A DNA stretch of 63,208 nucleotides, counting the filler, from Lenisia limosa (Eukaryota; Protista; Breviatea), in assembly GCA_001655205.1 (NCBI GenBank). It is 13 parts of 13 records of this genome, joined end to end, with 100 filler letters (N's around TTAATTAATTAA, not from the genome) between each part and the next. Parts side by side here need not be neighbours in the genome. Positions count along the whole stretch, not along the records: positions 48,515 to 53,658 come from LPNZ01003511.1; positions 53,759 to 54,864 come from LPNZ01000194.1; positions 54,965 to 63,208 come from LPNZ01009027.1; 10 more parts are not named here. One strand, written 5' to 3'. The position numbers were made by a program, and so were the translations under genes. How positions within the stretch are numbered: position 1 is the first letter of the stretch; every line of letters starts with the position of its first letter. Below the pieces are notes generated by a model. It saw nothing but the letters and a program-made list of their open reading frames with translations, did not search any database and was not told where the DNA came from. Shown piece after piece: positions 48,780-60,830 of the stretch.

Positions 48780-51700
48780 TTCTATAGTATAACCTGTCCA
48801 GCCAACTCTGCTCTCTTCCTCGTTTGTAGGCATCTCTCAGGTTGTCTTTTTCGTCGAGGAGACTATCGATGGCCATACTTGCAAACATTTGAATGTCCTT
48901 GCCTGGGAACGTTAAATGGGGATTGTACGTCAAGTAGTACGTTGAGCTCACCAGATGGCAACTTCCTTAAAAAAAACACCATCAATGACTCCATTAAATT
49001 TGGCAGTTGTAGAAATGAGGAGGAACAGCATTGTGGCTCCACTCCAGGTAAAGATGCACCTCTTACGGTTGAAGATGGAAATGTCTTGTTTTGGGGTAAC
49101 TTCACGAACTGGACTTGCCCCCAGATTCTTCAACGATTTACTGTACAAATTAGGGGGGGGGGCTGTAGTTGAAAAAATGTTAATGATTCCGAATATGAGC
49201 AAGAGGAATTNNNNNNNNNNNNNNNNNNNNNNNNNNNNNNNNNNNNNNNNNNNNNNNNNNNNNNNNNNNNNNNNNNNNNNNNNNNNNNNNNNNNNNNNNN
49301 NNNNNNNNNNNNNTTTTTTTATGACTGCCTAGTTTTTGGACAGATCCTGCTTTAAACCAATTTGTCTGATATATTACCTCCATACTAGTAAAAAAAAAAG
49401 AAGAACAATACATACACCCAACATACGACGAAGAAGGTGCTGCGGATTTCAGAGTCTTCATTGCCGAGTTCTTCCCAACAGGCCAAACCGCCGCCGGTGC
49501 TGCAATGGGGGCTGGCATCTTGGGGGCCGAGCCAGAAGATCTGGAGGGGTCAGGGAATTACTATACAGATGACTATATACTTGGTAGATGGTCAAATAGA
49601 ATGCGGTAGAACACAACTATGCTACGAATCTCAGCAAAGTCATGAGTCAGATCTCAACTTTAAAGCAGGGTGCCAACCCAGAAAATTGTCACGGATATCT
49701 CAACAAAAGTTTCGGTGACGTCATCTTTTAACTACTTTTTACACAATTTAACGAAGATATTGGTCAATATTATAATCACAACATCTGTTCTCTTGCTTCC
49801 AAAACAACTGCTTTTATAACAGTAAATAAAAATCACACAGGTTACGCTCTCGGCTTTGGCTCTATTTGTGATTTATCCGAGCCAGTTTCTGGGTTGGCAC
49901 CCTGCTTTAAGATTCCATTGATGGATACAAAATGTTCGCCAAATTCCGAAAACTGGGATATACTACAACACCCTACACTCCCCTCCACTCACCGATGAAG
50001 TGATTGTGAGAAACCTAGGTTCGGTTTAGGTCTGGTTTGAGAAGAGGCACGCTGAAGACGTGAGTAAGAAAGCATCCGCATGACTATGGTCCAAGGGTAA
50101 ACAACTTTGTTTCCAAAAAATAGAAGACAGAATATTGAAGCATGAATAAAAGTAAAAACAAGGTAATCTGGATATTTCAAGGGGATAAAACGGGGCTGTC
50201 CTGAAAATCAAAGAGCATGGGGTGTAATTAAAGTGGTAGGCATCCCAAGATTACCAGCACAGGAGCTTTGCGAGTAACTGAAGACGTATTGACTACGATG
50301 TGAGTTGTGGGATAAGCCCCCCAAAAGCTTGAAATAAGGTAACCCCGACAAAAGAACACAATATAACACTGTATTGTGATTAGTGCTTCACTTTGGTTCG
50401 AAAAAATACTGAATTCATCGATAAATCCTCAAAACCATCGATATTTTACCGGCCTTTTTTTTTAACCAAATTGAAATCGGAATTGTGATTAATGAAATAC
50501 TATTGATCCATATCACTACCACCTCCTCACCCTGGGTAGTCAGGAGGTGACCTGCGGCGGAGGCTATGTTACCGGTTCTCTGATATGTTTCCCGAGCCAA
50601 ATTCTCTTCAAAGCCCATCTCAATAACTGTACAATGAGGAAGATGCTTCAATAAATAAAAACCATCCATTGTGTGATGTTCCTGCGTAACGAAAAATAAT
50701 AAAAAAAGCATTATCAAATAAAAGGTATAATATACTGTAAAATTAAATAATTGAGGCCTTCACCAAACAAAGTAAAATACAAATGAACGATCCCGAGGCA
50801 TACCATGTCAAGTTTCTACTTTGCAATTGTTAAAAAAAACAAAGAAAAAACATGTAAGAATACAAAAAAAACACGCTCATTAACATTCAAACAAGCTCTT
50901 CTCCCAATTCCCACGTTGTCTGACAGCAGCATCTTCTTTCTCGTGCTACAACAGTAAGTGTACTGCGAGTGAGAAGAAGAGAAAGAGTGTAGCTCGGGGT
51001 GGTACAGATCACGAAACCAAAGTAGAATCAAAACCTTTGCTTTTAAAACTTCATCTTTCCCTATTTACTGAGGTGATCCCTTCCCGGCTGGCAACCTTGG
51101 TCTTCTTCCGCCTTGCCATTGTGATCTAGAATGGTAAAATGGGAGCGATCTCCGAGAGATGCGGTCTTCCTTTAGAAGTTGAAAATATGGTTTAATATTG
51201 TTATTGGTGAAAACTAGCTCCAAGAAGGCTCACCACAGCTGCTTAGACGAAACTTATCTGTCGTCGCAACTTCCCTCAAGTTCGACAGGCCGCGTTAGAG
51301 TAAACACAGTGCCCAAATAGGTGTGTAACCCACTGAAAAGGGCCTGTGAAAGCTTTCACTAAATTTCCATAAAAAGGGAGTGTATATATATTTGCACCAG
51401 TGTGAATTTAGGCATTTTACAATTTTCAATAGCGTCCTTTTTACGGACTGTTTATCATGGTAGCATTCAAAGAGTTAGAGGTAGATCTATTGTGTAGTTC
51501 TTCAGGTGACAATATTCAAAATCAGCTTCCTGAAGGTTTGTCTAAGGCCTCTTCCTCTTCTGTGCTAACCGTCAATAGAGCTGAAGTCTATTGCATCAAC
51601 AGTTGACGAGCCTTCCACATTCTTTACAACCCCCATTGCTCTTGAAGTCTTCGGAGAACTCGCAAATGATCGTATGCCCACCTTTAGATCGCTGGGTAAA
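48780..51700 (-). CDS. Multi-exon gene containing a UBA domain
   Basis: Exon 50531-50626 reads VIEMGFEENLARETYQRTGNIASAAGHLL (UBA MGF motif with C-terminal LL). Downstream exons join in phase: ...SQSLHR-SSGSAPKMPAP...PSSS-KSLKNLG...RKR-KLPS-GKDIQMFASMAIDSLLDEKDNLRDAY. The outer limits are uncertain. Confidence 0.55.
49666..49904. mobile_element. hAT (Buster-like) non-autonomous element, 239 bp
   Basis: A perfect 19-bp TIR, CAGGGTGCCAACCCAGAAA, is flanked by ctttaaag on the left and ctttaaga on the right: a near-identical 8-bp TSD with central TA. Confidence 0.85.
50383..50478. mobile_element. MITE family A copy (intronic)
   Basis: ta|gtgcttcactttggttcgaaaaaatactgaattcatcgataaatcctc...ttttttaaccaaattgaaatc. 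Confidence 0.8.
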
Positions 51701-52097
51701 TAATACATTCCTTTGTATATACTTAGCCTAATATGAGCTTTATGCTTCAAATTGATCACCAATGGTATGGCTCTCCATCGCTTTTGCTTGAAATTTTGGA
51801 GATTGAAAATTCTATGATATACGTATTTAATATTGTGTTCTATTATGATATTGCACCCCCTTCCCCTTTACTTTTAAACCCGCATTTTTTTTCTAATATA
51901 AAACTTATCATATCGATATATCTTAGCCAATCGCATTTAATATATCGTTTCAGTTTTGTTTTGTACATTCCAATTCACTGCTCTGCACCCCCCCNNNNNN
52001 NNNNNNNNNNNNNNNNNNNNNNNNNNNNNNNNNNNNNNNNNNNNNNNNNNNNNNNNNNNNNNNNNNNNNNNNNNNNNNNNNNNNNNNNNNNNNNNNN

Positions 52098-53658
52098 NGC
52101 CGTGAAATGTCCAAATTCCGCACTCAAATACCTCATTTCTGGTGTCAACTGCCTCAAGTGCGTGGGTGCTCATTGGGGGGGTATGGACTTCAAAATACTA
52201 AGACGGTTGATGTAAGACCCTTTTCTTCTTTTAATCGCATGTCGTAACCCAAAACGTATTGACTTTGGGCAGTTTGTTGTCTAACAATTCAGTTTGTTTA
52301 TTCAGGCTGCCTTCACCGGGCCTGCACCCCGTGATGCACCCGCCTCTCCATTCACTCCTCACACTAAAGTGGGTGTCTGTTGGTTCTGAGTTTATGGCAA
52401 TTGATAGTATTTTTCGACAGTTTATTCATAATTAGCACCGTATCTGAGGATGAATACCAGAATGGTTATACTGTTTGAGAGCATATTGGAATAGGGAGTA
52501 TCTTGACCAAAGATAACTGGGGCTTCACTTCGGTTCGAAAAAAAAGACTGAATTTCTCGAAAAAACCTCGTTATTTTTTCGAACCGAAGTGAAGCTCAAA
52601 AGATAACCGAAGTTGAGACTTCTGCTGACGCCAGGATCCGCATATGGACGTCATTATTTGCTTAGGCTTGGTCAGATACCCCTGCAGAGAGCTACCTCGG
52701 TAACCACCTTCAAATTGCAAGGCCTCTTGACCAGTGGGTCGAAGATGCCCTGAAGTCCTCAGGAGAAGACCCCTACCCTCGTGTTGGCGGGGTGAACGGT
52801 AACCACGTTGACAATACCCTGGTGTTTTGTTGTATCAATTTATTCTATTATACTCGTGTCAACAGTGAATACCCAAGGCATGACGGTGGTTTGGAATCAA
52901 GAAAAGAATACAACCTTATTTTGTATGCTATAATATATGATAATTACCGAAAGTAATACGTTCTACACTGAAGTGGAGGATAAGACTATTTTCCTTTGTG
53001 TTAGTAATGAGTAGTAATAAATTGGTATCCTATTCACACCTCCCAGGTTCCCATTCCGATCTTCCTCCTCGCTGCCAAGATTATTCTTGTCAACAACGCC
53101 GATCTCCTCACTAAGAATGGTGAGAACTGAGTTAGGTGTTGAGAAGATGGTCATAAAGAGACCCACCGACGTCAGAACTAATAGGCATTATTTTAATATC
53201 CTCTCACCAACAAAGGTATCACTTCGGCTTCGCTCTGGGCTGCTCGTACCCTTTTTGTGCATCAGCGCGTCCTCAGGTACTTACTTTGCATTACACACAT
53301 GTATCATATTTAAAATGTACTATTTGATTTGACTGTTAGTGTGTGTGACGTGATAAATTTTTTGATTAGGACTCCTATTGTTTCCTTTTTCTGAACATTT
53401 AGGGATGATTCCTTCAATCTGATGAAAGAAACTGAGTGAGTTTTGGTAGTGAGTGTGTACCTTCCCCCTAAAATTCCATCAAAACATAATGTGGCTTCAC
53501 TTCGGATCGAAAAATACCAGTAAAATATTGATATTTTTCGAAGATTTATGGAGAAATTCCGTCTTTTTTCGAACCGAAATAAAGAGGCGCATTATTTACT
53601 CTCTAGTGAGGCATATTCGAAGGCTCTGGAGTTCTACGCCAGAAGTGCCGGGACTGTT
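52098..53658 (+). CDS. Multi-exon gene, unknown protein, partial
   Basis: Exons AAFTGPAPRDAPASPFTPHTK and AWSDTPAESYLGNHLQIARPLDQWVEDALKSSGEDPYPRVGGVN, plus an in-phase chain IILVNNADLLTKN-GITSASLWAARTLFVHQRVL-SEAYSKALEFYARSAG. Confidence 0.55.
52520..52597. mobile_element. MITE family A copy (short, near-perfect TIRs)
   Basis: gggcttcacttcggttcgaaaaaaaagac...ttttttcgaaccgaagtgaagctc. Confidence 0.9.
53491..53586. mobile_element. MITE family A copy (intronic)
   Basis: gtggcttcacttcggatcgaaaaatacc...gtcttttttcgaaccgaaataaag. Confidence 0.8.
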
Positions 53659-54025
53659 NNNNNNNNNNNNNNNNNNNNNNNNNNNNNNNNNNNNNNNNNN
53701 NNTTAATTAATTAANNNNNNNNNNNNNNNNNNNNNNNNNNNNNNNNNNNNNNNNNNNNGAGTTGCTGAGGAGCCAAGAACCAAAATGATGGACGAAACGA
53801 ACTAGGTTATCAGGTCTTGTATTGATATTTATTGTTGCTGTATATTATGAACTCTTTGTGTTTTTGTGTTTTTGTAGGGCTATTTCAACAACATATATAT
53901 TATATGATAAATTGAGATCGAAACATAGTGTATCAGAGCAATATGTATAAAAAATATACAATGAGAAATAGCAATAAAAAAAAACCATGCATTGGAGGCT
54001 TCAAAGACGCGCTGAACTCATCAAT

Positions 54026-54209
54026 GATGCCTGTTTTTGCCGCGCCTGCCGCTCCAGCGGAAATTTTTTGAAGTACTGAATATAAAACCAGCAAAATTCA
54101 AATGAATTAGTAAGGTATGTGGCGCAAAGCGCCAAAAAAAAATCTTTTTCTTCCAAAATTGCCTGTGGCCGCTCTTTTGAGATTTTGTGGCCCGGCAAAA
54201 ACAGGCATC
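54026..54209. mobile_element. Putative MITE with 21-bp inverted ends (GATGCCTGTTTTTGCCG)
   Basis: 54026-54046 and 54189-54209 are reverse complements with one mismatch. No clear TSD, and only one copy is seen. Confidence 0.55.
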
Positions 54210-55169
54210 CAGTGTTTAAATTATGTTATGACCGGAGCTGAAATGTCGCTCCTACCGAAACAGTTTCCGCCAGCCATCCACCGTTATTCACCTAAAAAAT
54301 TCTCTGTGCTTGTCTCAAAAGATTTCACATAACTCCAATTAGTAGAATTCAAGGCCACAGTTGTTTTACCTTGCAGCCCCTTGTCTGTACTTGAGTAAGA
54401 GTGTCTCAATATAAAGAGAGTTAAAATGCTGTTCCCTTTTTTTTTATTATAAAAAATCGGAAGGAGAGGAGCAAAATAAAGGGGAGGGGAAGGTGGGGTG
54501 ACATGGATGTCTTCGTTAAGATATCCCGGTCACAATTCATATAATGAGAAATAACAAATAAGGATGTATTATCAGGTCTATTTGAGTGGATTATAGTTTC
54601 ATTTGCCTTACAACTCTGTGCCATAAATCCTAGATAAATATTGATATTTTGTCAGTCTGTTGGAACCGAAAGTGAGACTCTAATCATTTCACAAGATCAA
54701 CCACGGATGAAAAAGGTTAAATAAGTTTATTGTGCGCCCTTATGATGGAGCTGTCTCTTCTGTGACACCTGGATCTTATCGCCAAGGCTGAGAGCCAGTC
54801 CCTGTGTCCTGCACCGGATCCGCACGAAGCCTGTTAAACCCTTCGCTGTTTTCTCACACACCACNNNNNNNNNNNNNNNNNNNNNNNNNNNNNNNNNNNN
54901 NNNNNNNNTTAATTAATTAANNNNNNNNNNNNNNNNNNNNNNNNNNNNNNNNNNNNNNNNNNNNCCCCCCAGCCTTCTTCCTTTCGCCTTCGAGTGGACA
55001 TGTTCCGTCCCTTTGGAAAACTGCTCAGGTACCTGGCTTATCTCTGCATTACCTTGATATAACGGTTATTGCATCTTTTCACTCCGTTGAATTCACTTCC
55101 CATGTACATTGTGAATCAGTACTATTAGTAATATCAATATCCGCTTGTTAACATGAACGAAAACCTTCA

Positions 55170-57374
55170 GCGGATACATTGCCCTTCCTCACGCCATGCA
55201 GTCCTTCCACCTGCTGACGCAGCTACGCACTCAGATTCTTGGTACCGAGCCATGTCCCGACCTTCTCCCCTCCAACCTGCCGTACTCTCAAGGAGTCCAG
55301 GAGGTGCCGACTGTGACCAAAGGTGACTGCACCATTGCACCGCCACCGTGTCTCGGCACTACGGTCCTTGTCGATGCTGGTATGCTGCCATGATAACGAT
55401 CATGATATGTATCATGTACTGGTGGTATATGTTGCTGGACTTCTCTCACCATCTTAGATCAGCCGCACCCGCGTATCGGCATCGTCAATGCCCACGGCCC
55501 TTCTCTTCAAAGGTTGGCTTGCAACCATTGCTCCACTTATCTACAGAAAGTACTTATATTCCTGATCCCTACTTGTAGTATGTCTCCACTCACTATATTC
55601 CTGATCCTTACTTGTAATATGTCTCCACTCACTCACTAACGCCATTGTCACTCATCAATTATCAGTTATATTTTATTTATTTTTCTGAACAGTGTCACCT
55701 AACTCCACCCTGACCCCTTCAGACAGCTGAGCGCCTGGCCCGGCCACATTGTACTGGTGGAGCCGACCTCCAGTGAAGGCTCCGCTGACACCGCCGTCAT
55801 CAAAACCTCACTTCCGCTGGTGGCCTCATCGGTTAGTGGCCCTGTGTTTCTTGCTTCCAGAATGACGATGCCATTTTGCTGCTACCCAAACCTTTTTGTG
55901 TTCTCGCCTGTTCATTTCTTCAGATTATCCGCGACCCTTCCGCCGCCCTTGTGTACCAGCTGATCCCCGTACCCCTTCCCTCCACCATCTCTCCCAAGCC
56001 TCGTTTTGCGGACTTGGCCCTTTCATCCAACCCCCCTTCGCCCGCCTTGTCAGGTGAGTACTGACAATTCCTGCCACTCTTGCTTTTTTTTTTTTTTTTN
56101 NNNNNNNNNNNNNNNNNNNNNNNNNNNNNNNNNNNNNNNNNNNNNNNNNNNNNNNNNNNNNNNNNNNNNNNNNNNNNNNNNNNNNNNNNNNNNNNNNNNN
56201 NNNNNNNNNNNNNNNNNNNNNNNNNNNNGAGTGGGCGTGGCTTCGGTTGTGTGGCTGTACCTTACCATCCACCATCCTCATCACCATTATGCTCATGACC
56301 ACCAGCACCATTATACAGCATGACTTGGGCTTCTTTCCGACCGAACTTCTCGATAAATCCTCGATATATTGCGATAGTTTACCGATCTTTTGCATACTAA
56401 TCATGACCCTCAGGAATGCCGGCGTCGCTCCTTCAGTCGAAGGGCATGACGAAGATCCGATTCTGTGATCCCGTCCGAGCCGCCTCAACTGCGGCTTGGT
56501 TGGCAACTGAAAGATGCCGCACCCGGCGAATGGCTGTCAAGTAGGGGGCTAGAGTACCCTGAGTTGTTTTGCATTGGACTATTACCCTAATATCTTTTAT
56601 ATAAGCGTGATGGTACCTTGTTCAATTTCTCATTTCTACATAGTATGATTTCGCTGGTGGCAGAACCCATGAACTTTTTGTTGTAGATAATAATAATATC
56701 AAATTAAGTGGCTGATTTCGTGGTTTTCGCTCCATGTCTTTAGCACCCAATTGAAGGTACATTATGAGTCCACTTACCGCATTAGATCACTATTCGCCAT
56801 GTGGTCAACCGGGGTGGCCGCACCTTTGACACATTCGGCTGGCATGCTGCCTTCTTTGTCAAGTCTTGGACAGGGCAGACTGGCTGCTAGCTCAAGGGGT
56901 GAGAAGGAAGAAGAGAAGGAGGAAGAGAAGGTTAAAGAAAAGGAAGAAGAAAAGGAAGAAAAGAAGGAAGAAGAGAAGGAAGAAGAAAAGGAAGAAAAGA
57001 AGGAAGAAGAGAAGGTTGAAGAGAAGGAAGAAGAAAAGGTTGAAGAGAAGGAAGAAAAAAAGGAAGAAAAGGTTAAAGAGAAGGAAGAAGAAAAGGAAGA
57101 AGAAAAGGAAGAAGAGAAGGTTGAAGAGAAGGAAGAAGAGAAAGGGAAGGAAGAGAAGGAAGAAGTGATGATGAATGAAGTGGAAGAAGAGAAAAAGGTT
57201 AAATTAGAAGACGAGAAGTTTGAAGTAGAAATTGAAAAGGAAGTGGTTGAAGAAGAATTAGTGGAAAAGGAAGAAGAAAAGGAAGACTTGAGTTCCGAGG
57301 ATACGACTCCTTCCGAGTCATCAGACAAGCCCCAAGCGGCTAAAAAGAGAAGGCGAAAGAAGAAAAAGAACTAG
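55170..57374 (+). CDS. Multi-exon gene with Glu/Lys-rich tail and basic C-terminal NLS-like motif
   Basis: A phase-consistent exon chain GYIALPHAMQ...VTK-DQPHPRIG...LQR-QLSAWPGHIVLVEP...ASS-IIRDPSAALVYQL...ALS-GMPASLLQSKG...MAVK leads to a last exon with EEKEEEK repeats ending KKRRRKKKKN*. Family not recognised. Confidence 0.7.
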
Positions 57375-57600
57375 GTTCCATGGTTTTGGGGTAATATTTT
57401 AAGTTATTATTTTTCATTTTTTTTCATTTTTTTTTCAATGTATTTTTTTTTTGGGTATTCTAAAAGTGTTATCCATTGTGGCGAATGATATTATCAAAAG
57501 CAGAAACCAGACATGATAATACATAATACTTGTACCTGCCTCCCTTGGAGAAGGGGAAAAAATCTGAGAAGAAACATCATTAGAAAGAAAGAAGAGACGG

Positions 57601-60118
57601 TTATCTGAACTTTCTAAGGTAGAGAATAGCTGCCAACGAAGTCATCAATGCTGCCGACGACACCACCAATGGCAGGATAAAGGACCTGAAAGAGTGAGGA
57701 TTGTGGCCACCAACAAGCAATAATAAGAGGATAAAAAGCGAGGAAATAATGAGCTGACGCTAGTATGATGAATATCAGGAGGGCCTGAATCATACTTTCT
57801 TTAAACCTACTTTTTCTGAGGTTCGGTGAGAATTTCGTTCATCTCTTCTGGCGACTCCCTTTCCTCCAAACATGACATAATGCCCTAAAATGGATAAGAC
57901 TTAATATATCATTTCTTATTTTAGTATATATAGTATATTGATATATAGTTGAAAGAACAACCCACCCAAGTTCGAATTTTACGTTGTTACCACATATCAT
58001 ATTATTTATGCCAGTTTGCCACCCACAATCATGTGATGGAAGCCAACCACCACCAAAACTGAGGGTTGTCGAGAAGTTGATTCTGACTGCAGTGTAAGTA
58101 TCCGAATTGCATGAGAGTATCACAATCAACTTCTCTTTGGAGATCGAGGACACATGATTTGTTACAAAACAACTACTTTTTACTGGTCTCTTTTTGGATT
58201 GCAGATTGAAGTGGTTCAAAACAACATGGATTGTTAAAAACACCCCACTCACCTGCTGCACCACGGAGCACGCGAATCGCACACATGACGCCATCATCTT
58301 GTTGCGCTCATCAACCAAAACTCGATGAGCCGTCGGCAGTTTTCGGGCCTGTTAGGAGTTACTCCAAAGACAGGAATAGCGATGTTTATCAGATCAATGT
58401 AACCAAGGTAATACAAACTGCGTATTCAATGGTAACGACACTGTCATGAAAGGGAATTGGTATTGTGGGAATTGCCTACCAATGTGTCTAAAACTGAAAG
58501 GGACTCTTGCTCTGTTTTCTGGCCTTCAACATCATTCTGAAGTGATTAGGCACGAAAGGGGCTGATTAATTCTTACTAACTTTTCCCAATCCAACTGGAC
58601 TCACGGCCCTGGACTTACCATGGTAACTTTTTCAGGCCACACGATGTACTTCAGAAGCGCAAATGTGGTCATGACCTTCTCCCAAAGAGGCATGAGACTC
58701 CACAAGCGGCTAAATGTTACTCCAATTGGGCGATCGGCCAAAACTGTGTAGTGGTTACATGACTGTCTCCAGTATTCAATCTACGTTGCATGTGTTTATG
58801 ATACCAGACACCCCACATGTGAACTTCCTTTTTGCAGTCGCAAATTGAAGCGCAGATCTGAAAGGTGAGATTGGACCTGACTATGCCTTCCCTACCTGAA
58901 TTCACCTCCCAATTCTTTTGCCTCCAATTGTGCAACCAGAAGCTTCACCATTTTATTGACAAGATACAGCATTATGTTACCCTAAATAGTGAGTAACTCC
59001 GTATTGGATAAGATTATCATTGCAACATGGTATGGCTTGTTCTCAGCAGAGCTTGTAGCATAAGTCATTCAAACTGCTTACATTTGTGTCTATCTCCATT
59101 TTGGTATCCTTGGGTGCTACCATCATTGCCTGCACTCTGTCACCATCCAGTTCCAAAACCAGGGCATCGGGCTGAGTGGAGTGTACCATCTGTTTGTGGT
59201 TAAAGATACCGGGAAGTGAAGCTTCTCTATGTGGTTCGTATTATCAGGTGTTTATCGACAGTTTATTGAGGATCCAGCAATGCAAGTGATATGTCCAGCC
59301 AAGAAGCAGCCCCCCCCCCACAGCCTCAACAGTTTCCTTACTGGTCGAAGACACATGCGCGGTGCCGACGATGTTTACATCGATACCTTCAATCTATGGA
59401 ATAAAAAACTACTGTTCACATGTTGCGTTACACTTTATTACGCACTAAATGTGAATTCTCTGATAGCTATAATCTTAAGTCTGTATGGGGTTACAAATTG
59501 ATGCTCTGCTGTCATTTTAGGTCCAACAATCTACCTTGGTGAACATTGTGCAGTTCCGCTCAACCTGGCGATCCCCCCATTGAAACTCTAAACATAATTG
59601 TCAATGAAATTGGAAATAGCATATTTGTTGAGTGTAATTTGGGAGCATGGCATAGTATCAACATACTTTGTTCCTGTGACATCTTGAGAAAAGGTTGGAA
59701 TATTGGGTACGTTTTCGGCGAAAATTCCTACAGGTGCAGTTGGTGACCAAAACATGTTTTACTGAGACACCAATTTCATGTTTACCTACCTTAATGAACA
59801 TAGGGGACGTCTGCGTGGACTGCCATTTGAACCACTGGAAACGGGCCAACGTAGGCTCCGTAGTGGACATCTGAGGCTGAGGCTGGATGTGATATGACAG
59901 AAAAAGAGAATAGAATAGGGTCTCGATCACAATAGGGGGTCATGCCCTGTTATTGGAGTTTTCGGACAATTATCAAGAAACAGATAAACAAATACGTTTA
60001 AACACCCAAAACCCACTTAAGTCTTGAGGCTGAGGCTGGGGGGGGGGGGGNNNNNNNNNNTATCATCATCCTTCAGGTGATCAAGGTCAATGATCTCATC
60101 AATTGCAAACAGAAACAT
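57601..60118 (-). CDS. TRABD: TraB-domain-containing protein with C-terminal membrane anchor
   Basis: Spliced motifs IVGTAHVSSTSKETV (59322-59393), QPDALVLELDGDR, GGEFRSA, LADRPIGVTFSRLW, HRVLVDERNKMMA and VLVVVGFHHMIGI, then a TM segment FILPLVVSSAALMTSLAAILYLRKFR*. All introns are GT-AG. The start at 60118 is tentative. Confidence 0.9.
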
Positions 60119-60222
60119 GTGAGTGAAATATTTCTAGAGAGTAAGATTCGACAACTGATATTATCAAGAGTTATTTTTTATAAGATACATGGAAGACAAA
60201 GAACAGTACAGAACAAAACACA

Positions 60223-60830
60223 TCACTTCTTCAGCGTGCGAGTACGAACTGGGGTCTTGCGCTTGGCTGGGGCTTTGGCACGGTTAACCTATATTAGAGT
60301 CACAAACGTTCCCGGTAAAACAGAGCCATACTTGTCACTTAAATAAACCAACCTTGGTTTGTTCGTTGCGGCCTTTTTGGCAGTGCACTGACCCACAGGC
60401 TTCTGAACACAATTGGAGATTCAACACAAAGCTTATAAAATCCAATAATTATCCCCATACTCACGTTTGCATTGGATTCAGCCGTGGCGGGGACTGAGTT
60501 TCGAACTTGATGACCCTAAAAGCATGAGAACATATGGTGTTTACCAATATAGAACTTGTTAAGAACTCTTTTTGATAGAGAAATGCAAGTTTCTACATTC
60601 CCAGTAAGACCGTACGGTATAAAAATTCTCACTTCAGATAAGGATAGTTAAACCATATACTGAATGTCGACAAATACATTTTTTTGTCCTTTAAAAAATA
60701 ACATCCCCCTATACTCGCAAGTAGCTGCAGCAGTGGGCAAAAACACAGGAGGAATGAGAGTTCGGCGAAAAATAACTACATCCCTGCCAGTGATCATGTC
60801 AAACAACGGTGCATCTTCGTTACCATTGCA
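60223..60830 (-). CDS. 3' exons of a Lys/Ala-rich protein
   Basis: Exons with canonical sites can be joined to give GHQVRNSVPATAESNAN-KPVGQCTAKKAATNKPRL-VNRAKAPAKRKTPVRTRTLKK*. Alternative frames are possible. Confidence 0.4.

Noticed and set aside
50000-50110. Dual-specificity phosphatase motif (RPKPNLGFSQSL)
   Set aside because: No upstream HCxxGxSRS catalytic loop was found in neighbouring exons, so it is likely coincidental.
56774-57328. Antisense Ser/Phe-rich and alternative-frame Lys/Arg-rich ORFs
   Set aside because: They are shadows of the Glu/Lys repeat exon.
59985-60050. Duplicated PQPQ exon start in TRABD (cctcagcctca after two acceptors)
   Set aside because: The match is only about 13 nt, it is adjacent to a gap, and the phase could not be made consistent.
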